NCBI GenBank assembly: GCA_965248195.1
Contig: CBDFIQ010000002.1
Location: forward strand, 800,001 to 864,000
Length of the DNA: 64,000 nucleotides
Reading direction: 5' to 3'
Origin: Longimicrobiales bacterium
Lineage (GTDB): Bacteria > Gemmatimonadota > Gemmatimonadetes > Longimicrobiales > Gaopeijiaceae
Positions 39,880-50,516 of this stretch are shown in pieces. A model generated the notes under the pieces. That model did no database searches and was not told where the DNA came from. It was given only the letters and a program-made list of their open reading frames with translations. Both the position numbers and the translations under genes were made by a program. Each line of letters opens with the position of its first letter. Position 1 is the stretch's first letter.

Positions 39880-41463
39880 TCATGGTTTCTCGAGACGGGG
39901 CGTGTTCGGGGGTGGACGTCGGTGGCGCGTCGCCTGCTCGAACGCGTAGCCAAGGCCGAACAGCATCTCCTCGGTGAAGGGCCTGCCCAAGAACTCGAGC
40001 CCCACCGGCAGCTCGTCCGTCGTGAACCCCGCCGGGACTGTAAGCGCTGGGAATCCGACGGCAGGACTCAGACTCCGATTGCTGCCCCGGCCGTAGTCGT
40101 CCGCGGGGTCCGGATTCGTCTCGACGTCGGGAGCGATCAGCGTCGGCTGGTGATCGAAGGTCGCGTAGGCGATCGCGTCGAGTGACTCGTCGGCCATGGC
40201 CTTGAGAACGGCCCGCCGTAACTTCTCCCGCTTGTGGATGACCTCCAAGTAACCCAGGTCATCCGTCGATCTCCCGACCAGCCCCATCATGCTGCGCGCC
40301 CGCCAGGGCGTCACGACACCGAGGAGCAAGATCTCACTGAGCGTGGTGACCGGGGCGTTCCCGAGCTCGGCTAGATAGTCGTTCATCGCGCGCTCGGTCT
40401 CGAAGTTGTTCCCGATACCCCGCACGGTTTCCAACTCCGGAATGACCAACGGATCGACGACTTCTGCGCCGAGGGATGCCATGTCCTGGATCGCTTGATC
40501 GATGACGGCCCTCACCTTCTCGTAGTCGTCGGACGAGGGGTCGGTCCCCGAGTCCATCGGCTCACGCAGGATGCCGATACGCGCACCGCGGAGTCGGTCG
40601 GCATCGAGAGAGGCGGTGTAGGTCTCCGGAACTCGTCCCACGGAGTACGCTGTGATCGGGTCCTCCGGGTCATAACCCACCATGACGTCCAAGAGGATGG
40701 CCGCGTCGGTCACCGTACGCGTCATCGGGCCCATGGTGTCCTGGCTCGGATTCGCCGGCATCATGCCGCGCCGGCTCACGAGCTGCAGCGTCGGCCGTAG
40801 TCCGGCGAGGCTGTGCACGGCCGCCGGGCCCCGCACCGATCCACCTGTGTCCTCACCGATCCCGATCATCCCGAAGTTCGCCGCGATCCCCACTGCCGTG
40901 CCGCCCGAAGAGCCACTCGGGTTCCGGTCGGGGTCGTACGCGTTCCGGATCACACCGAACGCCGAGCCCACGTATCGGGACGCGAACTCGCCCATATTCG
41001 TCTTGGCCAGGATGATGGCGCCCGCCTCCTTCAGCCTGGTCACGATGGTTGCGTCTCGGGACGGGATGAAGTCCCGGAAGAGCGCCGAGCCGTACGTGGT
41101 CGGCATGTCACTCGTCTCCACCTGGTCCTTCAGGAGAACGGGTATGCAGTGCAGCGGTCCCACCATCCCGTCGGAGCGCATGGCCCCATCCAGCGCGTCG
41201 GCCTCGTCCAGCGCACGCTCGTTGAGGTGCTGGATGGCGTTGAGCCGCGGGCCCGTCTTGTCGTATGCGTCGATCCGGTCGACGTATGCCTGCACCAAGG
41301 ACCGACAGGTGAGTCGTCCGCTCTCCATCGCGGCATGAGCGTCCTCGATCGTGGCCTCGAGCAGCTCGAAGTCCTGAGCCCTCAGCGAGCCCGCGATGGC
41401 CAGGAGGAGAGCGACGGCGAACAGCCGGAAGGACAGGATGGGTGGTACGCGCTCTAGACGCAT
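39880..41463 (-). CDS. Amidase signature family protein, secreted
   Basis: LKD, PSGSSGG, GEDTGGSVRGPA. Confidence 0.9.
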   Translation of the reverse strand: MRLERVPPILSFRLFAVALLLAIAGSLRAQDFELLEATIEDAHAAMESGRLTCRSLVQAYVDRIDAYDKTGPRLNAIQHLNERALDEADALDGAMRSDGMVGPLHCIPVLLKDQVETSDMPTTYGSALFRDFIPSRDATIVTRLKEAGAIILAKTNMGEFASRYVGSAFGVIRNAYDPDRNPSGSSGGTAVGIAANFGMIGIGEDTGGSVRGPAAVHSLAGLRPTLQLVSRRGMMPANPSQDTMGPMTRTVTDAAILLDVMVGYDPEDPITAYSVGRVPETYTASLDADRLRGARIGILREPMDSGTDPSSDDYEKVRAVIDQAIQDMASLGAEVVDPLVIPELETVRGIGNNFETERAMNDYLAELGNAPVTTLSEILLLGVVTPWRARSMMGLVGRSTDDLGYLEVIHKREKLRRAVLKAMADESLDAIAYATFDHQPTLIAPDVETNPDPADDYGRGSNRSLSPAVGFPALTVPAGFTTDELPVGLEFLGRPFTEEMLFGLGYAFEQATRHRRPPPNTPRLEKP

Positions 41464-41706
41464 GAGCACCTCATGTGCGACTCAGTCGCTTCTGATCGGA
41501 CCGTTCGTGTCCCGGAATACGCCGGGGGTGAACGTGGTCGTGGCGGACATGGTGGGCAAGATGCGTCCTGGGCGTGTGAGGCGGCAAGGGTCTCCCACGC
41601 TCTCAGGGGATCCGCGAAGTGGGAGGAGAGATATCCAGGCTACCTTGCAGAACCACGTCACACGCTCAGAATGGCGCTCGGCGGGGGCCGTTTCGGCCGC
41701 CATGGG

Positions 41707-42894
41707 TCAGCGAGGAGCGTCCTCGGGTGTGGTAGGCGCCACCACGAAGACACCATTCCTTCCTCTGTGTTTGGCATTGTACATGGCGCCGTCAGCCGTC
41801 GCTACCAGTGCCTCGAGGGATTCGCACTCCGCACGCATTTGAGCCACACCGAAGCTCGCCGTGAACTTGACGTCCCCCCCCTCGAGATGGATGACGGACT
41901 GCTCCATCTGCTCTCGCAAACGTTCCGCGAGCTCATAGGCGTTCTGGGCGTTCGTGTGTGGCAGGAGAATGGCGAACTCCTCACCGCCTACGCGCCCCGC
42001 GACATCCGAATCCCTACATGTTTTGGCCACGATCCGGGACAGGTTCTTGAGCACTTCGTCCCCGACTGCATGACCGTGGGCGTCGTTGATGTTCTTGAAC
42101 TGGTCGATATCGAACAGGATGGCGGCCAGATCCTGTCCGTACCTGCGCGCGAGCTTGAAGGGGGTCTCACATAAGTCATAGAAGGAGCGGCGGTTGTTCA
42201 TGCCGGTCAGAAAGTCGGTGCGGGCCAGCGTCTCAGCTTTATCCTTGGCCGTTTGCAGTTCGTATGACAACGAGTGGGCGCGCTGGACGAAATGGTTCGT
42301 GATCCTCAACGAATGGAAGGCAGAGATCAGGAAGAGTACGACCACGAGCGCCATCAATCGCTCTTGCAGGCTGTCTTGGAGCGCGAAGTCCAGCGTCGCT
42401 GGAAGCACCAGTGCGAGTATGGTGAACATGACCGCCCGCAGGTGGATCGAATAGACAGCCACCGCCGCGCTCGCCATCCCGATCAGAAAAAAGAAGATCA
42501 TCGCCCGGTAGGCGAAGGCTTCCGGCAGCAGCAGCCACCCGCCTACGCCCCAGCAAAAGCCTGCCGCCACGAAGCTGAAAGTGAAGAAACGCTCCCAGAC
42601 CCTCGTGGTGAGAGAGCTCCGTCGTTTTTTGAAAGCGACGACCAGGGCCATCCGAAAGAGCGCTATCGATGCGATGACCATGACCCAAGCGATTGCCAAG
42701 CCATGGTTTGCTACTTGCCATATCCCTATGGAAAGGGCCGTCGCGGCCATAGGACTTGCGATGATCGCCAGAGGCGCTTGCGCGAAGACGAGCTTGAGTT
42801 GCTCGTCTCGCATGGTGTCGTCTTCTTGCTTCGCCTCGTCTTCTTCAGCCATACCTGGCTTTTCCTCCGTAAATCCCGACTTTCTTCCCGCCAT
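41707..42894 (-). CDS. Membrane-bound diguanylate cyclase (GGDEF)
   Basis: TM N-terminus; DIDQFKNIND, RDSD I-site, GGEEF. Confidence 0.9.
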   Translation of the reverse strand: MAGRKSGFTEEKPGMAEEDEAKQEDDTMRDEQLKLVFAQAPLAIIASPMAATALSIGIWQVANHGLAIAWVMVIASIALFRMALVVAFKKRRSSLTTRVWERFFTFSFVAAGFCWGVGGWLLLPEAFAYRAMIFFFLIGMASAAVAVYSIHLRAVMFTILALVLPATLDFALQDSLQERLMALVVVLFLISAFHSLRITNHFVQRAHSLSYELQTAKDKAETLARTDFLTGMNNRRSFYDLCETPFKLARRYGQDLAAILFDIDQFKNINDAHGHAVGDEVLKNLSRIVAKTCRDSDVAGRVGGEEFAILLPHTNAQNAYELAERLREQMEQSVIHLEGGDVKFTASFGVAQMRAECESLEALVATADGAMYNAKHRGRNGVFVVAPTTPEDAPR

Positions 42895-43099
42895 GGGGTG
42901 CCATCCTACTACTTAAAAGCATAGCCCCCGGCCTTCGAATCATGCAAAGGATTCTTCTTTCGCTTGCTCCGAGGTCGATCACACCAGCGAGAACAAGTGC
43001 TCGTAGCGGCGTTCCGCCCCCTGGCCGCCCCCTTGCATACGTGGACCGATATGGCCTGATTTGGAGACGTTCCAACGACATCAGAAGGGAGGGAAAATC

Positions 43100-44233
43100 C
43101 TGAGAATCGTGGTATTGGGCGGTGGCCGCGTCGGCAGCGCGATCGTGCGTGACCTCGCCGCTGACGACGGTTTTTCCGTGCTTGGGGTCGACCTCGATCC
43201 CGTGCGGGTCGAGCGGATGACCGAGTTCGGTGCGGAGGGCATGGTCGCGGATCTCTCCGAGCTCGGCAACGTGTCCAAGGCGATCGCCGACGCCGACCTC
43301 GTCGTCGGCGCGGTGCCTGGATTCATGGGATATCGGACCGTGGAGCGCGTGCTTCAAGAAGGAAAGCCGATGGTCGACATCTCATTTTTCCCCGAGGATG
43401 CGTTCGGACTCGACCGGCCCGCGAGGGAGGCCGGGGTATGCTGCCTCGTCGACTGCGGGATCGCGCCCGGGTTGAGCAACCTCATCCTCGGGCGCATGGA
43501 GGAGCACCTCGACGAGACGACCTCGTTCCATTGCCTCGTCGGCGGCCTTCCGGTCGAGCGTACGTGGCCGTGGGAGTACAAGGCGCCCTTTTCGCCGGGT
43601 GACGTGATCGAGGAGTACGTCCGCCCCGCCCGCCTGCGCCGGGACGGTGTGGAGATCACCCTGCCGGCTCTCTCCGAAGTCGAGTTGGTGGACTTCCCCG
43701 GACTCGGCTCGTTGGAGGCCTTCAACACGGACGGCCTACGCTCCCTGCTGCGTACCTGCAAGGCTCCGGACATGGTCGAGAAGACCATGCGTTATCCCGG
43801 TCACGCGGTACGGATGCGAATCCTGCGGGAGGCGGGTTTTTTCTCCACGGAGGAGGTCCAAGCTGCCTCCGGCGTCGTGCGCCCCCGAGACGTGACCGAG
43901 GCGCTCCTGTTCAGCGCGTGGCGATTCGAGGAGGGTGAGCCGGACCTGACGGTCATGCGAATCGTGGTAGAGGGCACGCAGAACGGGGGGGCCGTCCGCC
44001 ACACCTACAACCTGCTCGACTACTACAACCCGGACACCGAAACCTCATCGATGGCCCGCACAACCGGCTTTACGTGCACGGCGATGGTGAACCTGGTCGC
44101 CGGGGGGCTCTGGGACGAGCCGGGCCTGGCGCCGCCCGAGGTCGTGGGGCGAAACGCCGACTGCTTCGACGCGGTGCTCAAACATCTCGAGGACCGGAAC
44201 GTCCACATTTTTCAGCGGGTCGAGGGCATATAG
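43100..44233 (+). CDS. Saccharopine dehydrogenase family oxidoreductase
   Basis: VLGGGRVG, DCGIAPG, TMRYPGH, SSMARTTG; start uncertain (CTG 43100 or TTG 43061). Confidence 0.82.
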   Translation: MRIVVLGGGRVGSAIVRDLAADDGFSVLGVDLDPVRVERMTEFGAEGMVADLSELGNVSKAIADADLVVGAVPGFMGYRTVERVLQEGKPMVDISFFPEDAFGLDRPAREAGVCCLVDCGIAPGLSNLILGRMEEHLDETTSFHCLVGGLPVERTWPWEYKAPFSPGDVIEEYVRPARLRRDGVEITLPALSEVELVDFPGLGSLEAFNTDGLRSLLRTCKAPDMVEKTMRYPGHAVRMRILREAGFFSTEEVQAASGVVRPRDVTEALLFSAWRFEEGEPDLTVMRIVVEGTQNGGAVRHTYNLLDYYNPDTETSSMARTTGFTCTAMVNLVAGGLWDEPGLAPPEVVGRNADCFDAVLKHLEDRNVHIFQRVEGI

Positions 44234-44971
44234 TTACTGATCCGGACACGCCCACGTCACGTAACGCACGGCCCCCTCAGGTTCTGTGCAGGTCCCGATA
44301 TCCCGGCGTCCATGACGGGATCCGATACCGATCTCCATAAAGTCCTCCCGGCACAACTCCGGCCCGGGCCTGGCGCACTGCGCAATCTCCCAGGGTCCGG
44401 CGCTGAACCACCCTTTTCTGGCCTCCATGGGTATACACTCGAAGGCGACTTGGACGGTTTCGCGCCGGCCGTGCAGAAGCCTGAAGTCTCCCTCCGTGGG
44501 ATCCATGTTCGAGTCCCATTCACCGATCGGGGTCTCCACGAACTCCCGGAGTGCGTCGCCAGCGTCGACCGGGATCCCCAGGTCATCACCCGGAAGGGGA
44601 ATCCTCCAGTGCCCGGAGCTGACCGATATGTGGGCAGCCAGCATCACCTGAATCTGAACACGAAATTCCAACTCGATGAAGACCCGCTGCGATCCCCTGG
44701 AGACATACGCGGCTGGCAGCTCTGATACGGGCGAGCTGATCCGCACGGCATCATCCGTCCAGGGGAGCAAAACGGGACGTGTGAGGGACAGGCCGGAGGG
44801 GCGGGACTCCTCGTCTTCGCGCTGGATCTCCTCGAAGTTACACCCGAGTGTGGAGATGGTCGGCGCCGCGAGACCGACTGCGGTCAGGCGGCGCAGGAAA
44901 ACACGACGGTTGTACCGCTCGGTCAAAGCCTGCCTCCATGGGTGGATTCGATGGATCGCGGTCTCGCCCAA
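44234..44971 (-). CDS. Hypothetical protein, possible Tat lipoprotein
   Basis: NRRVFL twin-arginine motif followed by LGC lipobox; Cys-rich C-terminus. Confidence 0.5.
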   Translation of the reverse strand: MGETAIHRIHPWRQALTERYNRRVFLRRLTAVGLAAPTISTLGCNFEEIQREDEESRPSGLSLTRPVLLPWTDDAVRISSPVSELPAAYVSRGSQRVFIELEFRVQIQVMLAAHISVSSGHWRIPLPGDDLGIPVDAGDALREFVETPIGEWDSNMDPTEGDFRLLHGRRETVQVAFECIPMEARKGWFSAGPWEIAQCARPGPELCREDFMEIGIGSRHGRRDIGTCTEPEGAVRYVTWACPDQ

Positions 44972-45216
44972 CGCACAGAAAGCTGAAGGAGTACAGTGGG
45001 CCGGGCCACAGCAGCCTTCTCGGACTCAGGCAAGTTCTCGCACTATGCCCATAGCGGCCGTCGGGGGCAAGCCGTGGGCGGCGCTCCCGATTCGCTTGGC
45101 CGTCGGCCGTGTAATCGCCAGCGGTGAGGGAACGCACTATACTTCCGCTCGCATGCAAAAAGCGGTTCCAGCTCATACTCATATGCCCCTGCCTCCTCAT
45201 ACTGCCCCTGCCTGGC

Positions 45217-47298
45217 ATGCCTACGAACCCTAATCCGCTGCTTCGCGATTACGACCGTATTCCCTTTGGCGAAATCGAGGCCGCCCACGTCGTCCCTGGG
45301 GTGCGGAAAATTCTGAAGGACGCCCGGGCGGAGATCGAGGACCTGGTGGCCGTTGAGTCCACACCGACCTATGCCGACACGATCGGTCGGCTCGACTCCG
45401 CGCTCGAGCTGGTGAAGGAACGGAGCGTTCCGGTCACCCACCTGTTGTCTGTGGCGGAGACACCGGAGTTGCGCAAGGCGTTCAATGAGGTTCTGCCTGA
45501 GATCACGGAGTTCTGGACCCGGGTCACACTGAACGAGGGGTTGTGGAATCGAATCAAGGCCCTTTCCGAGACCGATGAGGCGGGGGCCCTGCCCCCGATC
45601 GAAAAACGGCATCTGGACACGACCTTGAGGGATTTCCGGCGGGCGGGAGCCGACCTCTCGACCGCCGACAAGGAGAAGCTGAGTGCCATCCGGCTCGAGA
45701 TCTCCAGCCTGGAGCACAAATTTTCCGAGAACGTGATCGACGCGACCAACAACTTTTCTCTCCTGATCGAGGACGGGGGACGTCTGGAGGGCGTTCCGGA
45801 GCCAGATCGGGAGGAGGCCCGGCGCAAGGCGGCGAACCAGGGACGAGAGGGCTGGCTTCTCACCCTCGACTACCCCTCCGTCGAGCCGATCATCAAACAC
45901 GCCCAGGATCGTGAACTTCGCCGGGAATTGTATACGGCCTTCGTCGGACGCTGCCGGGACGGTGAATTTACCAACACCGACATCATGGCCCGGCTGCTCC
46001 ATCTCCGGGGAGAGTTGGCGGAGGTGCTCGGATACTCCGACTTCGCCGATTACCGTCTCGAAGACCATATGGCCAAGACCGGCGAGCGGGCCTACGCCTT
46101 CGTCGAGGATATGACACAGAGGACGCGGCCGTACTGGGAACGCGATTTGTCCGAGTTACGGGAGCATGCCGCTGGGCTGGGCCTTCGCGAGGTAGAGCCA
46201 TGGGACGCGGCCTTCGTGAGTGAGAGTCTTAGACGGGCGAGGTTCGACATCGACGATGAAGTCATCCGTCCGTACTACCCGCTCGATCGCGTTCTAGATG
46301 GAGTGTTCGAGGTGGCGCGGAGGGTATTCGGCCTGGTCGTGCGGGAGCAGAGGATCCCCGAAGTCTGGCACCCGGACGTTCACTACTATGAGTTGTGTCG
46401 TGAAGACGACGGCAGGCTCCTGGGATTCTTCTACGCCGACTGGCATCCGCGTTCCGACAAGAGGCAAGGGGCCTGGATGAACGACCTGAGGACAGGTGGA
46501 CCGCGCGACGGGGGGTTCGAGCCACACGTCGGGATCATCGCAGGAAACTTGTCGCCGCCCAAAGGGGATGTCCCGTCCCTCCTGACGCACACCGAGGTGG
46601 AGACCATTTTCCACGAGTTCGGACATCTCCTTCATCACTTGACCTCCACCGTCCCGATCGCTCCAATGGCTGGCATCAACGTCGCGTGGGATTTTGTCGA
46701 GCTCCCCTCGCAGATCATGCAAAATTGGACTTGGGAACCGGAGGCCCTTTCGCTCTTTTCCGGGCACTATGAAACCGGTGAGCCGCTGCCCAAGGACCTC
46801 TATGAGAGGCTCCGGAGCGCACGCGCGTTCATGGGTGGTTGGAAGCAGATGCGGCAGCTCTCCCTAGCGCACGTCGATCTCCGGCTCCACCGTGATCCGC
46901 CCGATGAAGTGACGGGGAATCTGATGCCTTATGAGGATCTCATGCCTTATATAGAGGGGCTGTTCAAGGAGTATGTGCCGTCGGCCGAGTTCGCCCGGAT
47001 GCACTCCACGACCTCGTTTACGCACCTGTCTTCCGGGGAATATGCCGCGGCCTACTACTCGTATTCGTGGTCTGAAGTACTCGATGCCGATGCTTTCGGA
47101 CGGTTTCGCCGCGAAGGGATCTTCAATCGGGAGATCGGAGACGCGTATCTCGATGCCATCCTCACGAGGGGCGACAGCGATGAACCCGAGAACCTTTTTC
47201 GTGAATTCATGGGACGAGATCCGGATCTCCAGCCCTTGCTGGATCGTAATTTTGGGCCGCCTCTGGGGGGCCCGTCATCGGCCTCGAACACGCCTTGA
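45217..47298 (+). CDS. prlC: M3-family oligopeptidase A
   Basis: NPLL N-terminus, KRQGAWM, FHEFGH, DFVELPSQ, YYSYSWS. Confidence 0.88.
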   Translation: MPTNPNPLLRDYDRIPFGEIEAAHVVPGVRKILKDARAEIEDLVAVESTPTYADTIGRLDSALELVKERSVPVTHLLSVAETPELRKAFNEVLPEITEFWTRVTLNEGLWNRIKALSETDEAGALPPIEKRHLDTTLRDFRRAGADLSTADKEKLSAIRLEISSLEHKFSENVIDATNNFSLLIEDGGRLEGVPEPDREEARRKAANQGREGWLLTLDYPSVEPIIKHAQDRELRRELYTAFVGRCRDGEFTNTDIMARLLHLRGELAEVLGYSDFADYRLEDHMAKTGERAYAFVEDMTQRTRPYWERDLSELREHAAGLGLREVEPWDAAFVSESLRRARFDIDDEVIRPYYPLDRVLDGVFEVARRVFGLVVREQRIPEVWHPDVHYYELCREDDGRLLGFFYADWHPRSDKRQGAWMNDLRTGGPRDGGFEPHVGIIAGNLSPPKGDVPSLLTHTEVETIFHEFGHLLHHLTSTVPIAPMAGINVAWDFVELPSQIMQNWTWEPEALSLFSGHYETGEPLPKDLYERLRSARAFMGGWKQMRQLSLAHVDLRLHRDPPDEVTGNLMPYEDLMPYIEGLFKEYVPSAEFARMHSTTSFTHLSSGEYAAAYYSYSWSEVLDADAFGRFRREGIFNREIGDAYLDAILTRGDSDEPENLFREFMGRDPDLQPLLDRNFGPPLGGPSSASNTP

Positions 47299-47449
47299 AA
47301 GGCTCCAACTCGGGACTTGATGCGGCTTTGGGCAGCCGTTAGCTTATCATGCTTACTTGGAAACACTTGGAAAACGGCCGTCTGCTGGGCGGCTTGCTGT
47401 GTTCCGGGGAGGGTAGGTCACGGGGTGGTATTGCCCCGGATCGATGGCC

Positions 47450-47531
47450 GGTGGGGTACCGAAGCGGTCAAACGGGGCAGACTGTAAATCTGCTGGCTTA
47501 GCCTTCGTAGGTTCGAATCCTACCCCCACCA
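47450..47531 (+). tRNA. tRNA-Tyr(GTA)
   Basis: GGTGGGG/CCCCACC stem, CTGTAAA loop, long variable arm. Confidence 0.95.
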
Positions 47532-47551
47532 TTGGATGGCACAAAGGCTTT

Positions 47552-47625
47552 GCGGGAGTAGCTCAGTTGGCTAGAGCATCAGCCTTCCAAGCTGAGGGTC
47601 GCGGGTTCGAGTCCCGTCTCCCGCT
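47552..47625 (+). tRNA. tRNA-Gly(TCC)
   Basis: GCGGGAG/CTCCCGC stem, CTTCCAA loop. Confidence 0.95.
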
Positions 47626-47638
47626 CTAGAAAGGCGGC

Positions 47639-47710
47639 GCTCCGATAGCTCAGTGGTAGAGCGCCTCCTTGGTAAGGAGGAGGTCCCGGGTTCAAGTCCC
47701 GGTCGGAGCT
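47639..47710 (+). tRNA. tRNA-Thr(GGT)
   Basis: GCTCCGA/TCGGAGC stem, TTGGTAA loop. Confidence 0.95.
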
Positions 47711-47774
47711 CTGAGAGGAAGTAGAGGGGATCGGCAGCTAAGGAAGCGATTTCCAACACGGTGAGGAAGGAGCG

Positions 47775-48965
47775 ATGGGCAAAGCGAAATTTGATCGAAC
47801 GAAGCCACACGTAAACGTGGGAACGATCGGACACGTGGACCACGGGAAGACGACGCTGACGTCGGCGATCACAGCGACGCAAGCGAAGAAGTACGGAGGG
47901 GACGCGATTTCGTTCGACAACATCGATAAGGCGCCTGAGGAGCGGGAACGCGGGATCACGATTGCGACGGCTCACGTGGAGTACGAGACGGAGAACCGTC
48001 ACTACGCGCACGTGGACTGCCCGGGCCACGCGGACTACGTGAAGAACATGATCACGGGCGCGGCACAGATGGACGGAGCGATCCTGGTGGTGAGCGCAGC
48101 GGACGGCCCGATGCCTCAGACGCGGGAGCACATTTTGCTGGCACGGCAGGTGAACGTGCCGCACGTGGTCGTGTTCCTGAACAAGGTGGACATGGTGGAC
48201 GACGAGGAGTTGTTGGAGCTGGTGGAGTTGGAGGTACGGGAGTTGTTGAGCGAGTACGACTTCCCGGGCGACGACACGCCGGTGATCAAGGGGAGCGCGC
48301 TGAAAGCGATGGAAGCGGAGGGCGAGGGTGAGGACGTGGATTGCATCCAGGAGCTGATGGAAGCGATCGACAGCTTCATCCCGGAGCCGGAGCGGGACGT
48401 GGACAAGCCGTTCCTGATGCCCGTGGAGGACGTGTTTTCGATCACGGGTCGGGGGACGGTGGCGACGGGACGGATCGAGCGCGGGATCGTGAAGCAGGGA
48501 GAGGAAGTAGAGCTGGTGGGGATGGGAGCGGACCGCAAGACGGTGGTGACGGGAGTGGAGATGTTCCGGAAGCTGTTGGACGAGGGGCGGGCGGGGGACA
48601 ACGCGGGACTGTTGCTGAGAGGAGTGGGGAAGGACGAGATCGAGCGGGGCCAGGTACTGGCGAAGCCGGGCTCGATCGAGCCACACACGAAGTTCAAGGG
48701 CGAGGTGTACGTGTTGACGAAAGAAGAGGGAGGGCGCCACACGCCGTTTTTCGACGGGTACCGCCCACAGTTCTACTTTCGGACGACGGACGTGACGGGA
48801 GCGGCGAAGCTTCCGGAGGGAGTGGAGATGGTGATGCCGGGCGACAACGTGCAGATGGAAGTGGAGCTGATCACGCCGATTGCGATGGACAACCAGCTAC
48901 GCTTCGCTATCCGTGAGGGCGGACGTACGGTGGGCTCGGGCGTGGTGACGGCGATTGTTGAATGA
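47775..48965 (+). CDS. tuf: Elongation factor Tu
   Basis: [17 protein letters not shown]. Confidence 0.99.
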   Translation: MGKAKFDRTKPHVNVGTIGHVDHGKTTLTSAITATQAKKYGGDAISFDNIDKAPEERERGITIATAHVEYETENRHYAHVDCPGHADYVKNMITGAAQMDGAILVVSAADGPMPQTREHILLARQVNVPHVVVFLNKVDMVDDEELLELVELEVRELLSEYDFPGDDTPVIKGSALKAMEAEGEGEDVDCIQELMEAIDSFIPEPERDVDKPFLMPVEDVFSITGRGTVATGRIERGIVKQGEEVELVGMGADRKTVVTGVEMFRKLLDEGRAGDNAGLLLRGVGKDEIERGQVLAKPGSIEPHTKFKGEVYVLTKEEGGRHTPFFDGYRPQFYFRTTDVTGAAKLPEGVEMVMPGDNVQMEVELITPIAMDNQLRFAIREGGRTVGSGVVTAIVE

Positions 48966-49028
48966 GGCGGCTTCGATTTCACTCTCTTCCTCCGCTACAC
49001 CGTGTCCGGGCGTAAGTGAGAGGAAGAG

Positions 49029-49181
49029 ATGGCGAGAGAAAAGATCACCCTGGGCTGCTCCGAGTGCGAGGAGCGGAACTACAACCAGACGAAGAATAAA
49101 CGGCTGCACCCGGAGCGGGTCGAGTACAGGAAGTACTGCCGACGCTGTAGGCGGCACACGATGCATAAAGAGACCAAGTAG
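49029..49181 (+). CDS. rpmG: 50S ribosomal protein L33 (Zn-binding form)
   Basis: [18 protein letters not shown]...[16 protein letters not shown], read directly; not in the ORF track. Confidence 0.93.
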   Translation: MAREKITLGCSECEERNYNQTKNKRLHPERVEYRKYCRRCRRHTMHKETK

Positions 49182-49192
49182 CGGATGGGTGG

Positions 49193-49405
49193 ATGGCGAT
49201 AGGATCGAAAATCGCGGCGACACGCGACTTCATCGAGGAGTGTTGGGAAGAGCTCTCCAAGGTGACGTGGCCGGATCAAGAGCAGCTCAGGAGCGCGACA
49301 CTGGTCGTGATCCTGTTCGTGTTCCTGATTTCCGCGGTCATCTGGATCATGGACGTTGCGTCCCGAACGATCATCGGCTTCATCATGGGAATCTTTGGGG
49401 CGTGA
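49193..49405 (+). CDS. secE: Preprotein translocase subunit SecE
   Basis: ELSKVTWP plus one TM helix; lies before nusG. Confidence 0.93.
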   Translation: MAIGSKIAATRDFIEECWEELSKVTWPDQEQLRSATLVVILFVFLISAVIWIMDVASRTIIGFIMGIFGA

Positions 49406-49427
49406 GCGACCAGGTAGGGTGACGATC

Positions 49428-49973
49428 ATGGCCGAATCCACATGGTATGCGGTTCAGACCTATTCCGGGCATGAGAACAAAGTCCAGAAGCTGATTCAGC
49501 GGCGTATAGAGGAACAGCAAGGCTCTGAGGACGAGAAGGAAATCCGTGATGTCGTGGTCCCCACACAGGACGTGGTCGAGATTCGAAACGGCAAGCGCGT
49601 TACCGTAACCCGACGGCTTTATCCGGGATACGTGCTCGTGGACATTGACCTGAATGAAAGGACCATGCACACCGTCAACAACATTCAGGGTGTGATCAAG
49701 TTCGTGGGCAGCGGGAAAGCTCCGCAGCCCCTGCATGAGGAAGAGATCAACAAGATTCTCGGAATCGAGATTGAGAGAGACGACGACGAGACTCACGAAG
49801 AGATCCCGTTCCACGTCGGGCAGGTGGTGGAGGTGACTCAGGGTCCCTTCAGCGATTTCTCGGGGACTATCAAGGAAGTCTATCCGGAAAAGGGCAAGGT
49901 AAAGGTCGAGGTGTCGCTCTTCGGCCGGCCGACCTCGGTCGAATTGGACTACACACAGCTCAAGGGATTTTAG
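49428..49973 (+). CDS. nusG: Transcription termination/antitermination factor NusG
   Basis: WYAVQTYSGHE, YPGY, KOW domain. Confidence 0.96.
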   Translation: MAESTWYAVQTYSGHENKVQKLIQRRIEEQQGSEDEKEIRDVVVPTQDVVEIRNGKRVTVTRRLYPGYVLVDIDLNERTMHTVNNIQGVIKFVGSGKAPQPLHEEEINKILGIEIERDDDETHEEIPFHVGQVVEVTQGPFSDFSGTIKEVYPEKGKVKVEVSLFGRPTSVELDYTQLKGF

Positions 49974-50021
49974 GATTCCCTAGGCTGTTAGGTTTCTATG
50001 GGCAAGGTCCCAGGTTAGAGA

Positions 50022-50444
50022 ATGGCGAAGAAAATCATCGGTTTCATCAAGCTTCATGTGACCGGCGGGCAGGCCAACCCGGCTCCGCCGGTCGGTCCCG
50101 CGCTGGGTCAGCAGGGCGTGAACATCATGGAGTTCTGCACGCAGTTCAACGCCAAGACCCAGCAACAGACCGGGGTCACGATTCCGGTCGAGATCACGGT
50201 CTATGCCGATCGCTCCTTTTCCTTCATCACGAAGACGCCGCCGGCGTCGTTCCTGATCAAGAAGGCCGCGGGTGTGCAGAAGGCCTCCGGGGAGCCGAAT
50301 CGTGAGAAAGTTGGAACGGTGACGCGTGTACAACTCGAGGAGATCGCCAGCATCAAGATGGAGGATCTCAATACGAGCGACATGGATGCCGCAGTCCGCA
50401 TGCTGTCTGGCAGCGCGCGGTCGATGGGCATCGAGGTGGTTTAG
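50022..50444 (+). CDS. rplK: 50S ribosomal protein L11
   Basis: [13 protein letters not shown]. Confidence 0.97.
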   Translation: MAKKIIGFIKLHVTGGQANPAPPVGPALGQQGVNIMEFCTQFNAKTQQQTGVTIPVEITVYADRSFSFITKTPPASFLIKKAAGVQKASGEPNREKVGTVTRVQLEEIASIKMEDLNTSDMDAAVRMLSGSARSMGIEVV

Positions 50445-50516
50445 GGGCAACAGTCCGCCGAACCACCCGCTGAGAGCCGCCAGGGGTGGGAGGACGAAAC
50501 AAGTCGGTTCTAAATT

